Origin: Candidatus Thorarchaeota archaeon
GTDB taxonomy: Archaea > Asgardarchaeota > Thorarchaeia > Thorarchaeales > Thorarchaeaceae
Direction of reading: 5' to 3'
DNA length: 64,000 bases
NCBI GenBank assembly: GCA_003345545.1
Contig: PRDH01000026.1
Coordinates: 86,944-150,943 of the forward strand
Shown: in pieces, positions 47,258 through 56,313 of the stretch
How the letters are laid out: every line of letters begins with the position of its first letter
Numbering within the stretch: the first letter of the stretch is position 1
The notes under the pieces: generated by a model
What the model was told of the DNA's origin: nothing
The model's input: the letters and a program-made list of their open reading frames with translations, nothing else
Databases searched by the model: none
Program-made: the position numbers and the translations under genes

Positions 47258-48241
47258 TTATCTCGAGCCCTTCATGATGTCAGCAATGTTTCCGAAGAAG
47301 TGGTCTATGGTTCTGCTCTTTCCCTTGTATTCCTCAATCCTTGAAATGAGCAATTCATCCGCATTGTTCCCTCTGATTGCCTCGGATGCGACAAGAGAAT
47401 GGATCTCCCCATTCAGGTCAAGTATGTTCTTTGATGTTCGAAGGATCTGAGAGAGCATTCTCACGAGCAATCGAGAGTTCTGAACGCTGCGGATGTTGAT
47501 GACTTGACTGTAGAAGAGAAACTGTAGACGATTTAGTTGTTCCATCATACTGACGAACTTCATCAGGTGTGCTTCCCCATGACTTACAACGAGTCTTTCG
47601 TGAAGTTCTTTCCAATAGTACTCGTTCTCAAGCAGTTTTACGAGATACTCCTGGATGACATCAAAATATGGGGTATTCTCATCTATCTCGTCAAGCTGTA
47701 ATTCTGAAAACCTGATGGCAATCTTCAGGGAAAACTCATCCAAGTATCGTTTGATTGATGCTTGGTCTTGCGTAAGGACCAGTGCAAGAAGAATGCCGTA
47801 GATGCACGAAGCGCAGTCCACGGTAATCTCAGTTGGCCCAAGTGAATAGAGCTTGATTGCTGATTCAAGCATATTCGCGGCGATGTCAGTCTTATGAATT
47901 CTGATTTTGGCTCCCTGGGAGGAGCAGTAGGTACATCCACCATAGGTGTAGACAGAGGAGTAGCACGTGCGACCATCACTGATCTCAAATCCTTTGATGC
48001 TTTCGAGTGAGGCATCGCGGTTCAAGATATCCGGAGCGAATAGCGTATGCTCGACGTCATTGAGACTATCATTATTGAGGCATATCAGCTCGCCCTCAAA
48101 ATTCTTGAAACAAGGGCAGAAGCCGTATACGCGTATTTCCTTCTCCACTGTGGAAACCTTCAACGTCAAACGTATGAGTGGGAGTATTGGGAGAATATCA
48201 AGCTTCTTTCGACGGAGATAGGAGAGTATCTCTTCAGACAC
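47258..48241 (-). CDS. Hypothetical protein, Cys-rich N-terminal half and helical C-terminal half
   Basis: 327-aa ORF 10 nt downstream of the small GTPase; CPC, C, C, CTYC and CASC. Confidence 0.7.
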   Translation of the reverse strand: MSEEILSYLRRKKLDILPILPLIRLTLKVSTVEKEIRVYGFCPCFKNFEGELICLNNDSLNDVEHTLFAPDILNRDASLESIKGFEISDGRTCYSSVYTYGGCTYCSSQGAKIRIHKTDIAANMLESAIKLYSLGPTEITVDCASCIYGILLALVLTQDQASIKRYLDEFSLKIAIRFSELQLDEIDENTPYFDVIQEYLVKLLENEYYWKELHERLVVSHGEAHLMKFVSMMEQLNRLQFLFYSQVINIRSVQNSRLLVRMLSQILRTSKNILDLNGEIHSLVASEAIRGNNADELLISRIEEYKGKSRTIDHFFGNIADIMKGSR

Positions 48242-48251
48242 GCAGCATGTT

Positions 48252-48836
48252 TCAATGAGCAGCCTTCGCCTGCTTCGTTGAGTCTTCAGTTAGTAGTATT
48301 TTGGTGATTTCTGAGAATGCTTCCTGAATGTTCTCTCCCGTTTTCGCACTGGTTTCGTGAAACACTGCTGGAACCCCTAGTTTCTTGACGAATAGATCTC
48401 TGAATCGGAGGCCCTCGTCCGTTGAGACCTCGTTTTCATGCACCTCAGAACTTCGTAGGTCTACCTTGTTTCCCAGAATTGCAGTAGGAGGTATCTCATG
48501 GATATACCTGTAGACCTCGACCAACCATCTTGTCATGTTGTCGAATGTTTCGCGGTCCACCACGGAGTACACGAGAAGAAGCGCCCTGCAACCCTGATAG
48601 TAGTGCTTCCTGACTCGCTCGAAGCTGGTCTGACCCGAGAGATCCCAAATGACCAATCGCACTGCTTGTTGGCCCACAGACACATATTTCTGAGCAAAGT
48701 CGACGCCAATCGTGGCGATGTGGCTTGAGATGAATCCCTTCCCCAAGTAGTTGCGACGAATGCTTGTCTTGCCCACCGCTCCATCCCCAACTAGGACTAG
48801 CTTGTACATAGCCTCGTTGGTAGAATTCGAATTCAT
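48252..48836 (-). CDS. Rab-like small GTPase (Ras superfamily)
   Basis: G1 GDGAVGKT, G2 TIGVDF, G3 WDLSGQ, YYQG, G4 NKVD and G5 ETSAKTG. Confidence 0.93.
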   Translation of the reverse strand: MNSNSTNEAMYKLVLVGDGAVGKTSIRRNYLGKGFISSHIATIGVDFAQKYVSVGQQAVRLVIWDLSGQTSFERVRKHYYQGCRALLLVYSVVDRETFDNMTRWLVEVYRYIHEIPPTAILGNKVDLRSSEVHENEVSTDEGLRFRDLFVKKLGVPAVFHETSAKTGENIQEAFSEITKILLTEDSTKQAKAAH

Positions 48837-49054
48837 CGGGATGGTACTCCTGCGGCGCTACTCTAGATACTTGGCATTGGCCTGTTATATTGGTGTGCAA
48901 TCTATTATAACAGTTATCCTCGTGTAATTATTCAAACAGATAGGCTGCCAACGACTCTGAAGCCCATGTTACTCCCAATGCTTCGTCCTATCGTAAACTA
49001 TATGATTGGTCAGTTGTTTCTAGCCATTATTTGTTGCGACGGGACTGAACTACG

Positions 49055-49306
49055 ATGGGTACCAACTCCAAAAGCACTGGGCAATTGATACAAGTCAATC
49101 CAATCAATGGGACTCAGCAATTCTGGAATGGCGAACTCAATGGTAAATCGGTAACTATCCACTTCGGGAAGGTCGGTACTCCTGGTCATCGAGGCTCCCG
49201 GGAATTCCCTAGTGCTAATGCAGCAGAGCAGTTCCTCGCACTGAGAGTGCGACAAAAGCTCGAGGAAGGCTACAAACCTCTACCACTGAGAAACAATCGC
49301 CGCTAG
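49055..49306 (+). CDS. Stand-alone WGR-domain protein
   Basis: QFW...VTIHFGKVGTPG...F.SANAA......QKLEEGY WGR signature. Confidence 0.75.
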   Translation: MGTNSKSTGQLIQVNPINGTQQFWNGELNGKSVTIHFGKVGTPGHRGSREFPSANAAEQFLALRVRQKLEEGYKPLPLRNNRR

Positions 49307-49405
49307 TTCGTCGTTTTCCTTTTTCATGCGAGGGAAGCTCAATGCGAGATTTCGGGGATGCACTCTACGAAAACATCTTTTACCGACAAGCTAGCCCGAT
49401 AAGGC

Positions 49406-50602
49406 ATGGTCGAAATCAGAGAGGCTCGAGAAGAAGACAGAGAGTCAGTCGTGCGAGTTCTTTGGAGAGCATTTGAGGCAACAGAAAGTATTGAAGATAT
49501 ACAGAAACGTGACTGGTTAAAGAATTGGCATCAGCCCCAGAAGAGTGATTGGGCTTACGTCGCAGTCGACAATGACAAGGTCGTGTCTAACTTGTCATTC
49601 TTTGTCACTGATAACGACGTGATTCGAGGCAACCCGGTGACCTTCGGGGGAGTATGGGCTGTAGCCACAGAGCCTCACTACCGAAGACGTGGACTTGTTC
49701 GTAAGCTCTTCGACATATCCTTCCCGAAGATGCATGAAGAGGGAGCGGTACTCTCGATCCTTGATCCCTTCTATCAGCCTTTCTATGAGAAGTTCGGATA
49801 TGCGCTTGCGGAGAAACGCTCGAAGCACGTCTTTACGCGACAGCAGCTTAAGAGAGTAATAGGGCCATCAGATATTACTTCTCACGAAGCTACAGACCAA
49901 GAGGACGTTGACAAAGCAATAGAGATCGAGAAGACAATGGCGAGATTCGGCTCTCGTTTCTTCATACCTAGAAGACATTGGGAGGAAGTCATGAAACGTG
50001 GGAATCTCCACATTCTTGAAAGAGACTCTGAGCCAGTTGGAACGGTCGGGTTTACATTTCGAAAACCCGACAGCACGGGTCATGGTCTCGATCTGCAGAT
50101 TGGGCTGACTCGGTACAAGACTGATGATGTCTTCCTAGCTATTCTGGATCTCGTCTACAACTACGTTGCCAATGTCCAGACGATTACATGGTGGACAGAT
50201 GCGGAAGTGCCGCTGCGCCATTTCTTCCTTGAGAACAATGCAGAGACATTGAATATCGGTTCAATGATGATGAGAGTCATTGACATTGAGGGCTATTGCC
50301 AAAGCATTCGAATTCCGGATCAGGCTGTGGAAGGAGTGACAATTGAACTGAAGGACAACCAGTGTCCCTGGAATTCTGGAGTATACACCCTTTTGCCGGA
50401 GAAAGGAAGACTCGTCGCTGATCCTGTCGATAGGTCTCCGGACATTACGCTCAATGAGTTCCAGCTCTCAGAGGTGATATCAGGTTTCTCTCCAGCTACC
50501 ATGCTGAGAAACTTCGGAGAGATACAGTGTAGCAGTCAAACAGCATCGAAACTTGATGCGATTTTTCCTGCCGATGTATTCCTCTCATACCAGAGATTCT
50601 AA
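49406..50602 (+). CDS. Eis-like GNAT acetyltransferase with C-terminal SCP2-like domain
   Basis: GGVWAVATEPHYRRRG, FYEKFGY, MMRVID and D.QCPWNSG. Confidence 0.85.
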   Translation: MVEIREAREEDRESVVRVLWRAFEATESIEDIQKRDWLKNWHQPQKSDWAYVAVDNDKVVSNLSFFVTDNDVIRGNPVTFGGVWAVATEPHYRRRGLVRKLFDISFPKMHEEGAVLSILDPFYQPFYEKFGYALAEKRSKHVFTRQQLKRVIGPSDITSHEATDQEDVDKAIEIEKTMARFGSRFFIPRRHWEEVMKRGNLHILERDSEPVGTVGFTFRKPDSTGHGLDLQIGLTRYKTDDVFLAILDLVYNYVANVQTITWWTDAEVPLRHFFLENNAETLNIGSMMMRVIDIEGYCQSIRIPDQAVEGVTIELKDNQCPWNSGVYTLLPEKGRLVADPVDRSPDITLNEFQLSEVISGFSPATMLRNFGEIQCSSQTASKLDAIFPADVFLSYQRF

Positions 50603-50671
50603 CTTCAATTTGGAATAGCAAAATATCAAAAGGCTTCACAACATGACAGGAATGAAATCTGGAGGGCGTCT

Positions 50672-51544
50672 GTGTTGCGTAGCATAGAGATTGTAACCGA
50701 TCGGAATATGTACAGCCCAAGCGACTCGGTTGAAGGGGACATGGTGATAGCATGTGACAAGGTGTTTCAATATAATGCGATTCACCTTACCTTCATGGGG
50801 AGAGAGCACACACGAGTAGTCGTTCAGCATGGAAAGACCTCGACCGTGTATACAGATGAGAGAGTGTACTTCTCTGACAGGCTTGAACTAGAAGGTGCGG
50901 GAGTCATGACAGTCGAAGGTATGCGGTTTCATTTTCGTTTTCAGTTTCCAGAAGACATACCCTCGAGCTACGGCGGAGTCCATGGCTGGATTGAATACAC
51001 ACTCACAGGCATTATTGAGAGATCTCTGGCAAGAGATGTAAAGAAGCAGATTCCTGTCGAGGTCAAAAGGCAAGAAAAAAAGCCTCCATCCCAGCCTCAA
51101 CATGCCTCGATTGAAAAAGACGGAAGCCCCATTCTCGACGTTGAGATGGAGGATGATGTATGTGGCATCGGCAGTCTGATTAGACTAAGATTCCGCGTTG
51201 CGGAAGATGTCAAAATAAGGGGAGTACGAATTGAACTGCTGTCCGAAGAAGAAGCAAGTACGCAGCAGCATCGCTGGACTTTCATGTCCACTTCTGCAAA
51301 GGAGTATTTCGAGAATACAGGGATAGAGCGTGGTCTCTGGATTGATGTTCCATTAGTGACGAACGACAATATGCCCTCAGAGTTCAGTCGGGAGATTCTA
51401 TCGAACAAAGCCTTCATCAAAGTAACCCTAGATGTTCCTTGGGCGCGGGACAAATCAGTGAATATACCCATCAGATTGGGGCACTATCTCAGTGCACCAG
51501 AGAGCGACGACAGACGAGCATTTGACTTTGGCTGGAACTTCTAG
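50672..51544 (+). CDS. Arrestin-fold protein (alpha-arrestin / Vps26 / SpoOM-like)
   Basis: YSPSDSVEG, FMGREHT and FRFQFPEDIPSSYGGVHGWIEYTL; second sandwich with LDVPWARD. Confidence 0.8.
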   Translation: MLRSIEIVTDRNMYSPSDSVEGDMVIACDKVFQYNAIHLTFMGREHTRVVVQHGKTSTVYTDERVYFSDRLELEGAGVMTVEGMRFHFRFQFPEDIPSSYGGVHGWIEYTLTGIIERSLARDVKKQIPVEVKRQEKKPPSQPQHASIEKDGSPILDVEMEDDVCGIGSLIRLRFRVAEDVKIRGVRIELLSEEEASTQQHRWTFMSTSAKEYFENTGIERGLWIDVPLVTNDNMPSEFSREILSNKAFIKVTLDVPWARDKSVNIPIRLGHYLSAPESDDRRAFDFGWNF

Positions 51545-53046
51545 AGGATATCTTCATAGCAATTCTCATCGTAGTAGTTGCTTTCATACTCATCGTGATT
51601 AGTATAGTATACTTGAGCAAAGAAAGGATTCTTCTTCGCGATTTCATCGTAGTTCCAGGGTGGCGGAAGACACTCAGGACACCAATGACCCGCTTTCAAT
51701 ATTAGGACAGGAGTCGCGTCGAACTCATGACCATAGGCGCATCTCCACCTCAGTTTCCTGCGCATATCTTCAAAGACAGATGAGAGACATTCGCCTCCCC
51801 GAAATCGAGCCGCTCCTCGCATTTCTTCGATTGTCAGATCATCCTCGCTCTTACTTTCATCATATCCATGGTCAAGGATGTATGCCTTCGCATCCATATC
51901 CGGCATGTCCTCATACCAGCTCGGTATCTCCTCCCATATCTCCCGAGAACCCCAGAATGCTGAAATGCGCCCTTCATTATTGGCCTGTATCCAATGCATC
52001 GTACCGTCCTTTCCTTTGGTCATTCTGCCTGTGAATCTACTCTTGATGACACTTGATGGAACGAGTTTGGCAAGTCTGACGTACCGAGGAGCGGCGTCTA
52101 TGACCTGTTGATAGTGCTCTTCTAGACTATGACGCCAATGTCCTAGATATCTGTTGAGAACATCGCTATCTGAGAACCATGCACAGTGAAAATTGCGTGT
52201 ACAGAACCAATTACGGTCCATGATTTTGCGATAATCTCCGAGTCCAAGATTTCTCATCATACGGTCTATGTACTCAAAAAAGATGAACCGACATGAGGCG
52301 CCTCCTCCCATATTGTATATCCTGCCCCAGAACTCATCAGGGGTTTCAAGGCATTGTACGAGCCCAAAGCCAGCATCTTCGGCAGTAATCATCTCAATGT
52401 GCTGGTCAATAGGCTGATGGAACAGGATAGGATCCAGGAGGCTCATTGCATCAGGAATAGCAATGTAGGTCTGTCGTATCGCCACCCAGTGCTTTATACC
52501 AGATTCAATGACAGCGCGCTCTGCTCGTATCTTAGTAGTTGCATAGAAATCGTACACACTTGGTTTCAGTGGATCTCCTGTGCGCACCCAATAGATGGGT
52601 GCAAGTCTGTCACCATAGATGGCCACCGAAGAGATGTAGACGAGCTTGATTCGCTCGGCTCCGTCCTCCTGCGCTTTAATGGCCTGAATAATGTTTTCAG
52701 TGCCACCGACATTGACCTTCTCGGCAAGCTCGGGGTCGTGGTCCGCTGCGGGAGCGATGAATGCCGCTGGATGAAGAACATAGTCAACACCCTCGACAGC
52801 ATTGAGCACATCATTGTAGGATGTCAGGTCGCCCCATACTATCTTTATTCCACTATCTTCAACGACGCCGTTCTCACCTGGTGTCAGATTGTTCTCTGAA
52901 TGGTATTCTCTGAACATCTTCAAATTTGTCCTGGAAGGCCTGAGAATCAACACCATTTCGTATCTTGAGCGTCGTCTTAGAAGCTCCTTGAATGCCTCTC
53001 CCCCCATGGACCCTGATGCGCCAGTGAGAAGTACTCGTGGCTTCAT
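51541..53046 (-). CDS. NAD-dependent epimerase/dehydratase (extended SDR) with C-terminal Zn ribbon
   Basis: TGASGSMG, YATTK and WRCAYGHEF...GHWCPEC; start placed at ATG 53046. Confidence 0.85.
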   Translation of the reverse strand: MKPRVLLTGASGSMGGEAFKELLRRRSRYEMVLILRPSRTNLKMFREYHSENNLTPGENGVVEDSGIKIVWGDLTSYNDVLNAVEGVDYVLHPAAFIAPAADHDPELAEKVNVGGTENIIQAIKAQEDGAERIKLVYISSVAIYGDRLAPIYWVRTGDPLKPSVYDFYATTKIRAERAVIESGIKHWVAIRQTYIAIPDAMSLLDPILFHQPIDQHIEMITAEDAGFGLVQCLETPDEFWGRIYNMGGGASCRFIFFEYIDRMMRNLGLGDYRKIMDRNWFCTRNFHCAWFSDSDVLNRYLGHWRHSLEEHYQQVIDAAPRYVRLAKLVPSSVIKSRFTGRMTKGKDGTMHWIQANNEGRISAFWGSREIWEEIPSWYEDMPDMDAKAYILDHGYDESKSEDDLTIEEMRGAARFRGGECLSSVFEDMRRKLRWRCAYGHEFDATPVLILKAGHWCPECLPPPWNYDEIAKKNPFFAQVYYTNHDEYESNYYDENCYEDIL

Positions 53047-53222
53047 GGCAAATCGGACGACGTGACCAATTTGCATCTAATAATGATTCACTGCACATAC
53101 ATCTTATCCATCAAATTCCAGATATTCGAACCGAGTGGTCGGTTTTAACCAGCCTGCAGGTCGCCTAGGACTTTCTCACCAATTGGTAGGCTTTTTTAGG
53201 GTGCATGTTGTGTAAATAGCCT

Positions 53223-53240
53223 AGTCAATAGCTATTGACT
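53223..53240. promoter_or_regulatory. Perfect 18-bp palindrome upstream of the nucleoside ABC operon
   Basis: AGTCAATAG|CTATTGACT, about 50 nt before the bmp ATG. Confidence 0.55.
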
Positions 53241-53289
53241 TGAGATAGCTTGCGGGTTACAGTTAGCTAACCCGTAGGAGAGACTGAAT

Positions 53290-54354
53290 ATGAATAAGAA
53301 CGCAATTATCGCGATAGTTCTAATCGTGGTCATTGGCGTCGCTGGTGTTGGCGTATACCTCATGATTCAACCAGTACACAACCGGTATGAGATTGCAATT
53401 GTATTTGCGACGGGTGGACTGGGTGACAAGTCATTCAATGACGGAGTCAAACTGGGTGCCGACAAAGCACACACTGACTACAATATCAACTTCACGTTTT
53501 CAGAGCCTGGGGCAATATCTGATTACGAATCATTGATCAGAGGTTACGCGGCGCATGCCGGGTTAATCCAGCCCTATGCACTCATAATCAGTGTCGGCTT
53601 TGATCAGGCTGATGCTGTTATGGCAGTCGCCACGGACTATCCTGACCAGGAATTCGCAATCATAGACATGTTCATTGACCCAGTGAACTACACCAACGTG
53701 GCATCAGTGCTGTTCACTGAGAACGAGGGTTCAGCCCTTGTCGGTGCGATCGCTGGACTCATGACCACGACTGACAAGATCGGTTTCCTCGGTGGCATGG
53801 ATATCCCACTTATCCGCAAGTTCTACGCCGGTTATGTCTACGGAGCGAACATCACGAATCCGGGTATTAGCTATACTGCGCAGTATGTTGGTGACTGGGC
53901 AGACACTGCCACTGGCAAGACAATGACCCATGGTATGTACACTGCTGGCTATGACATTGTGTTTGCTGCAGCAGGTAGGTCAGGCCTTGGAGCTTTTGAA
54001 GCAGCCAAGGAAGACAACGCGACCTCCCCGCATCCAACGTGGGTCATCGGAGTCGACTCGCCTCAGATGTACTTGGGTTGCGCAAACACAACAAATCCAG
54101 TAGCACCAACGGTCGCTCTGACTTCAATGCTGAAGCGTGTTGATATCGCAGCGTATGACCTCATGAAAGATGCAGTCATTGGCACTTGGGTAAGTGGACT
54201 GAAATTCTACAACCTGGTCAATGGTGGGCATGACTACGAGGTCAATACAGCTCTGCGTACATTGCCACCATCTGTCATTAGTCAGGTAGAGATGATCAGA
54301 ACCGGAATTATCAACGGAACCTATGTGGTACCGTCTGATGTGTACTGGACATAG
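53290..54354 (+). CDS. BMP-family (PnrA/NupN) nucleoside ABC substrate-binding protein
   Basis: GGLGDKSFND, ENEGSALVG, KIGFLGGMD, VIGVD and SMLKRVD. Confidence 0.9.
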   Translation: MNKNAIIAIVLIVVIGVAGVGVYLMIQPVHNRYEIAIVFATGGLGDKSFNDGVKLGADKAHTDYNINFTFSEPGAISDYESLIRGYAAHAGLIQPYALIISVGFDQADAVMAVATDYPDQEFAIIDMFIDPVNYTNVASVLFTENEGSALVGAIAGLMTTTDKIGFLGGMDIPLIRKFYAGYVYGANITNPGISYTAQYVGDWADTATGKTMTHGMYTAGYDIVFAAAGRSGLGAFEAAKEDNATSPHPTWVIGVDSPQMYLGCANTTNPVAPTVALTSMLKRVDIAAYDLMKDAVIGTWVSGLKFYNLVNGGHDYEVNTALRTLPPSVISQVEMIRTGIINGTYVVPSDVYWT

Positions 54355-54367
54355 GATTTAGTGTATC

Positions 54368-54400
54368 AGAGGGGAATGTTCCCCTCTTCCTCTCTTTTTT
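54368..54400 (+). terminator. Hairpin plus T-tract after the bmp gene
   Basis: AGAGGGGAA-tg-TTCCCCTCT then TCCTCTCTTTTTT. Confidence 0.7.
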
Positions 54401-54510
54401 CCCTCTATGTCTTACAGATACCTCAATGTTAAATACCCGCGTATGTTTTTTGTCTACGACAGGAAGTGTGCTCTGAGACATCGCCATTTAGTCAGTTGGA
54501 GGTGTAGGCT

Positions 54511-56313
54511 ATCTACGCGGTAGAGCTCGAAAACATCAGCAAGACATTCCCCGGAGGCGTTCAGGCGAACAAGGACATCACGCTTAGAATCGAACAAGGT
54601 GAGGTCCATGGACTACTGGGAGAAAATGGGGCCGGGAAGTCCACCCTAATGAACATCTTGTATGGACTCCTTTCGCCCTCCGCGGGAACTGTCAAGATAA
54701 AGGGGGAGGAAGTCGTCCTCCGGTCACCAGAAGATGCGATAGATCGAGGAGTCGGAATGGTTCATCAGCATTTCAAGCTGATACAACCACTTACTGTTAC
54801 TGAGAACATCATGATGGGGTATGAATCACCTGGTAGAGGTCACAACAGGTATGCCGTTGCTGTGACCCTACTTGTCCTGGTTTTTTCTGTCTCTCTCTTC
54901 CTTCTCTTTCTCGGCTCTATTCCTGCACTAATAGCGTCAGTAGCTTTGGTTCTTGTTATCATCGCCGCGTACAAATCATATGAAATCATGAACTACATAG
55001 TGGAAAAGCTGTACCCTCACACCAGCAGAGGTGGAGTTAGAGGGTTTGTCGCCCGATTTCTGTATTCGATATCAATGACGTTTCGATATTTCATCATGAA
55101 TTTCGTTCCCCTGGGAATCCATGAAGCAGCCGAGAAAATAAAGAGAATCGCAGACGAAAATGGCCTCGCCATCGATCCGAACGCAAGAATACTGGATATT
55201 TCCGTAGGCCTTCAGCAGCGGGTCGAGATCATCAAGGCACTCTATCGGGAAGCAGAGATTCTCATACTTGATGAACCAACCTCAGTTCTCACTCCCCAAG
55301 AAGTGGACGAGCTCTTTGCCACATTGGAGAAATTCAAGGACAGTGGCAAAACAATCATTCTGATAACCCACAAACTCAGAGAGCCAATGGCGCTTTGTGA
55401 TAGAATCAGTGTGCTCCGAGACGGAGAGCTTGTCGGTACAGTGAATAGAGTCGATACATCTCCCGAGGAACTGGCTCAAATGATGGTCGGGAGACCTGTA
55501 GTGTTTCGTGTTCAAAAAGGACCTGCTACTCCTGGTGATGTCGTGCTGGACGTTCAAGATATTTCTGCGAAGGATGTTCGAGGATTACCAGCGGTAAAGG
55601 GTGTAACGTTCCAAGTAAGGGCAGGAGAGATATTTGGACTGGCTGGTGTCGAAGGAAATGGACAGACAGAGCTAGTTGAGGTTTTGACAGGTCTCCTCAA
55701 ATCAGATCATGGTAACATATACGTTAAGGGGAGGAATGTCACAGGAAAAGGCCCTAGGACGATGAGGGAGGCAGGCATTGGCCATATTCCAGAAGACCGT
55801 CACAAGAGAGGGCTAATCCTCCCATTCACAATTGAAGAGAACTTGGCTTTGGGGAACCACTATCGTCCTCCATACTCATCCAAGAAGGCGGGAATACCAG
55901 GTTTTCTGAATCTCAATACAATTCAGAAGAATGCAGAGAAGCTCGTTCATGACTTTTCCATCAAAGTAGGTCGGGTCACTGACACTGCAGACACTCTGTC
56001 TGGGGGGAACCAGCAGAAGGCAGTTGTCGCAAGGGAGCTGAGTTCAGAACCTATTGCTCTGGTAGCTGCTCAGCCGACAAGGGGGCTAGACGTCGGTGCG
56101 ACTGAATACATTCACAACGTGCTCATTTCTCTCAGGGATTCAGGTGTCGGTGTACTTTTGATTTCAGCAGAGCTTGACGAGATACGCAACCTTTCGGATA
56201 GGATTGGAGTCATATTCGGTGGTCGAATAGTGGCAATAAAAGATCCAGAAACAACTACGCCACAGGAGTTGGGATTACTAATGGCTGGACAGACAGGGGA
56301 GGTGCTTCAATGA
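54511..56313 (+). CDS. Nucleoside ABC ATPase (CUT2, two NBDs) with internal TM insertion; probable ATC start
   Basis: The frame continues upstream of the track's Met: IYAVELENISKTFPGGVQANKDITLRIEQGEVHGLLGENGAGKSTL (Walker A); also SVGLQQRVEI, LDEPT, LSGGNQQK and QPTRGLD. Confidence 0.9.
   Translation: MYAVELENISKTFPGGVQANKDITLRIEQGEVHGLLGENGAGKSTLMNILYGLLSPSAGTVKIKGEEVVLRSPEDAIDRGVGMVHQHFKLIQPLTVTENIMMGYESPGRGHNRYAVAVTLLVLVFSVSLFLLFLGSIPALIASVALVLVIIAAYKSYEIMNYIVEKLYPHTSRGGVRGFVARFLYSISMTFRYFIMNFVPLGIHEAAEKIKRIADENGLAIDPNARILDISVGLQQRVEIIKALYREAEILILDEPTSVLTPQEVDELFATLEKFKDSGKTIILITHKLREPMALCDRISVLRDGELVGTVNRVDTSPEELAQMMVGRPVVFRVQKGPATPGDVVLDVQDISAKDVRGLPAVKGVTFQVRAGEIFGLAGVEGNGQTELVEVLTGLLKSDHGNIYVKGRNVTGKGPRTMREAGIGHIPEDRHKRGLILPFTIEENLALGNHYRPPYSSKKAGIPGFLNLNTIQKNAEKLVHDFSIKVGRVTDTADTLSGGNQQKAVVARELSSEPIALVAAQPTRGLDVGATEYIHNVLISLRDSGVGVLLISAELDEIRNLSDRIGVIFGGRIVAIKDPETTTPQELGLLMAGQTGEVLQ

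Noticed and set aside
54832-55104. Intein or intron in the ABC ATPase
   Set aside because: No C/S...HN-C/S/T splice motifs; the insert is an open, hydrophobic, in-frame segment.
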